DNA of 38,821 bases. It comes from Jimgerdemannia flammicorona. Lineage: Eukaryota. Positions 34,755 through 38,821 of the stretch are shown piece by piece (positions within the stretch are counted from its first letter, which is position 1; each line of letters opens with the position of its first letter). The notes beneath the pieces are model-generated. The model did no database searches and had not been told where the DNA came from. It worked only from the letters and a program-made list of their open reading frames with translations. A program made the position numbers and the translations under genes. The stretch is from assembly GCA_003990765.1 (NCBI GenBank), contig RBNJ01000154.1, positions 1 through 38,821 of the forward strand, read 5' to 3'.

Positions 34755-37700
34755 CTCCTGCTCAATGAGATAAAGAATGCAAATGCAAATAAAACTGATC
34801 AATCTCCAGCTAAATTAAGCAGAAAACAAAACATTACCAATGGGATACTATCTAGATGACTGAAAAAGGTCGAAATTCCCCGCTTATAAGTATAAAAATA
34901 GGTAAGAGAAGTAGTGAAAAAAAAATGGAAATCCTGAGCAATGTTATAAGTTTCCATCATAAATATTTGCCATAACACTCATTTTACCTGTCATTTTGCC
35001 ATAATATTTATTTTTACCTATTGTTTGCTATTATTTACTCGTCGCTCATCATTATACCTATTACTTACATGCAAAAATCAAACTTTGCCTTTGGAAGGGC
35101 CTTTGTTAGTGAATCTGCTGCCATTTGCTCCATAGGGGTGTATAATAGGTATATAGCCTCGTTTTCAACACATTCTTATATGTAATAGTGCTGTATATCG
35201 ATATGCTTAGTTCTTGCATAATGTATAGGGTTCTTTGTCAAAGCAATGGTGGATTGGTTATCCTGTTGTATAGTCATAGATTCTTGAGGGAATCTCAGAT
35301 CCTTTAGCAGTTCACAAAGCCAGATAGCCTCCTTCATCGCCATTGACAATACTTGATATTCTGCTTGCATAGATGATGTTGTCACTGATGATTACTTACA
35401 AGTTTGCCACAAAATGGCTCCACCATCATTGAGATAGAAGAAGTATCCTGTCATAGACCTTCTGTCATCTAAGTCCCCAGCCCAATCAGCATCACATATG
35501 CTAGAAAGGCTTACTGTAACAGTACTTCTACTTAATCTTTTAACTCCTTTATCACCCAAATTGAGCATATAGCTCTTTGTACCTTAATGTACCTGAATAT
35601 GCACTTGATTACCATCCAATACAAGTTGTCATAGCATGATGCATATTGTGCTACCTTATTAATTGTATGTGATAAGTTGGGTCTCGTCCCAAGCATTAGA
35701 TACATATATAAGGGATCCTACTACTTATCAATAGGGAATGTTATTGTCATTAGGTGTATCAGACTTCTTTAGTCTCACAGATGTCTCTATCAGTGTTCTG
35801 ACTGGCTTACACTCGCTCATACCAAATTGCTCGAGTATTGCCTGAATGTAGGCTTCTTGGCTTAGGTGTATAGTATACGTACTTCTGTTACATATGATGG
35901 ATATCCCCAAAAGGAAAGACACATCACCCATATCTGTCATCTTGAACTTCTTGCATAATGCTACCTTTACTTTATTGATCTCACTTGTCGTCCTGACCAG
36001 AATAATATCATCGACCCAAATTCTCAGGTACACTGTTCCTGAGAATGTATCATGAGTATATATACATGAGTCTGCTTTGCATCATTTGAACCTGTTCTCT
36101 TCTATGAGATAATCGTTGATCTTTCGATTCCATAACCTTGCTGCCTGTTTTATGCCATAGAGGCCTTTGCATAGTCTGCATACTAACTCCTTCTTATTGT
36201 CATAGAGTTCATATTCTTGTGGTTAAAGAATGTATAGTTTGGTATCCATGTCTCTATTTAGGAAGGCTGTCTTAACGTCTATTTGATGTATCTCATAGTC
36301 ATACTTGGCTCTGATTGTAAGAAGTATTCTAAGCAAAGTAAGCTCGAATACCAGGGAAAACATCTTGTCATAATCGACTCCAAAGTCTTGTGAATATCTC
36401 TTTACCATGAATTGGACCTTGTATCATTCTATGCCGCCATTGCTATTGCGCTTGATTTTATATACCCATCAAGATCCTATGGCTTGTTGATTTGCCAGAA
36501 GAGGGATCAAGTCCCATGTATCATTCTTGATGAGTGAGCCATACTCCTCATCCATAGCCTTTTTCCACTCCTTTTTATCACTTGAATGAATGGCTTCATT
36601 GTAGTGTACCAGCTCACTGGTCATTGCTATGTAAGCATATTCGCAGGTATAGTTCATATGATATTGCTTGTGACGAGATGACTTGGGTGAGTCCCAGTAA
36701 TTTCCCAGATCTATTTAGACTTCATTATCCATCCCAGATTTGCGCTTTTTCTTATCCTTTGGAGAGATGTCCTCTTCATTATCTGAAATCTCCATAATTC
36801 TCGGTTCAGGGGGTCTCATAGGTGCTTACACTATTGATCTCATAGACATTGGTTATATTGCTATTGCCGGAATCATTGGTGTAGTATTCGTGCTCACCAT
36901 TGGCGTAATTCCACTCGCCGTTGGATTGGTTATAGATATAGAAATTTCCACACAAATTTCCTTTGCTTTCTCTTTAAACTGAATATCATGAGAGATGATT
37001 ATACCACACTTTTGCGTATTCCACAACCTATATGCTGATCTGTCGTATCCAAGAAATATATGCTTATCTACCTTAGGCTCAAATTTTCCTCTATTTCCAC
37101 TTTTATCTAATACATAAGCCTCACTTCCGAATGTCTGTAAGTGTGAGACATCGGACTTGGATCTGCTCTACAGTTCTTCAGATGTAAGGTTATCATCCTT
37201 AGACTGTACATCACTCTCTTTGCATAAGGCTCGAGAAATACATCGATTACATATATACCACTGTATTCAATGCTTCAGCCCAGAAGTATTGCAGCAGACC
37301 AGCTGTATTTATCATCATTCGGGCTATCTCGATGATTGTTCAATTGAACCATTCCACCATGCTATTTTGTTGCAGTATATAGGGAACCATTCTAATATGT
37401 CATATTCCATGCTCTTTTAAAAAATGTTTAAAGGACTTATTTATGTATTCTATCCCATTATCTGAGCATAGCATCCCTATCCGATGTTTTGTATCATTCT
37501 CCATACTCACCTTAAATTCTTTGAATTTCTCGAATACTTCGCTCTTTGTAGAGAGGAAGTATACATGGGCCTTATAAGTATAGTTATCTATGAAAGTAAT
37601 GGAGTACTTCTTCCTAGAGTGTGATGACATATGCATGGGACCACAAATATCCATATGTATAAGGTTGAGTATACTGTTTGCTCACTTTGTCCATTCCTGA

Positions 37701-38821
37701 AAAGATTTCCGAGAAGTCTTATTTGCCATGCAGTCATCACAAAAGAAGTTCAGAGATATACAGTTCAACAATCCTTTCACTAAGCTATTCCTCATCATCT
37801 ATTCTAAGCTTATCTGGCCAATGTGTCCTAATCATTTGTGCCATATATGCCAGGTGTCATTTGTCATTGTGGAATATGCCGATATACCATTCGGCATACC
37901 ATTAATTGCATAAAGATTTCCTCTTTTCAATGCATACATTAATTCCTTATTGTTCTTTAGATCGATTACTATTACTCTATTCGGGCATATGTTTACTCCT
38001 TTGTCTCCTCGGGCCATCATTTGTCCTATCGAGAAGAGATTTTTGCCTATATCTGGAGCATATAGTACATCCGCAAAGGTGCCTGAGGGTTCTTCAACCT
38101 TTCCATACAGATGTATACTGACATTTTCTTTGCCCTGAGTGTAGATCACATTGTTGTTGCCTAGCTTAATAGGTATGAGATACTCGAACTTCTCATATGT
38201 AGAGAACCATTTGCGGTGCACCATCATATATTGTGTTGTACTGGAATCTATGAGCCAAACTTCTTCGCTGCACACATTAGTGCTGTCAGACATATAGCTT
38301 ATATCAGCATGTTGGCAGCTCTCTATCTCCATGAAAAACATTCTGTCGCCACCTTGATTGTTGGTGTCCATGACATTTACTTGACCATGTTGGTCTCTCT
38401 TTTCTTTCTTCTTAAGATTGCAGTCTTGGATGCAATGTCTGAGCTTATTACAGTAGAAGCACTTACCACCGAATTTGGCATATTGACTATTGTGTTGTCC
38501 TCATCCTTTGCTTGGCTTTTCTTTGTCTTGACCATGCACACCATAGAATGCTTTCTTGTCATAGTCTTCATTTATGCTGTTGTTCTGCCTTGATTCATCA
38601 TTTAATAGACTTATGATGATGTACTTATAGTCCAAGAGCTTATCAGATTCCCGCATAGCAGATACAACCATGTTAAATGCATTGGGAAGGCCTCGTATAA
38701 GGGCCAGGACCTTGTCTTCCTCCCTGATGAGGTCCGCCGGCATAGAAAGAGAATTCACCTAATTCGTCAGATTATTGATATGGTTGGCATACTCTTGAAT
38801 GCTCTCCTTGGGCTTCTTTTT
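34589..38821 (-). mobile_element. Ty1/copia LTR retrotransposon (gag-PR-IN-RT-RH), inactivated, continues beyond the window
   Basis: Zinc knuckle CFYCNKLRHCIQDC (~38420-38460), protease WLIDSSTTQYM, integrase HMDICGPM...SDNGIEY, RT HQIDVKTAFLN and IWVDDII, RNase H DADWAGD, DNQSTI, RTKHIDI and ADSLTKAL. Confidence 0.96.

Overview
Eukaryotic, most likely fungal DNA. The intron-rich methyltransferase and the retroelement types suggest an early-diverging fungus (Mucoromycota-like), but that is an inference. About 85-90% of the window is nested, C>T/G>A-decayed retroelements: an L1/Tx1-like LINE (1-5894, minus; two further partial copies), two copies of a Ty3/gypsy family A (5895-13950 plus; 26859-33811 minus), three ~1.1-kb LTR-like repeats of a family B (14026-17074), a third gypsy RT-RNase H relic, and a Ty1/copia element running off the right end. 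One intact host gene, a 9-exon class I SAM-dependent methyltransferase (23975-25797) with a 5-nt micro-exon, sits in a sharply bounded CpG-rich island. The most interesting results concern gypsy family A. It has a single gag-PR-dUTPase-RT-RH frame, an integrase in a separate +1 ORF coupled through an overlapping ATGAATAA (same offset in both copies), and a ~264-codon ORF lying entirely inside its 1.5-kb LTR, followed by palindromic 35-bp repeats. The family B LTR-like repeats have no evident DNA similarity to family A, yet carry a ~262-codon ORF with the same motifs at similar spacing. This points to an LTR-encoded accessory protein family that I do not recognise. All alignments were done by eye, and the boundaries of heavily decayed parts are approximate.
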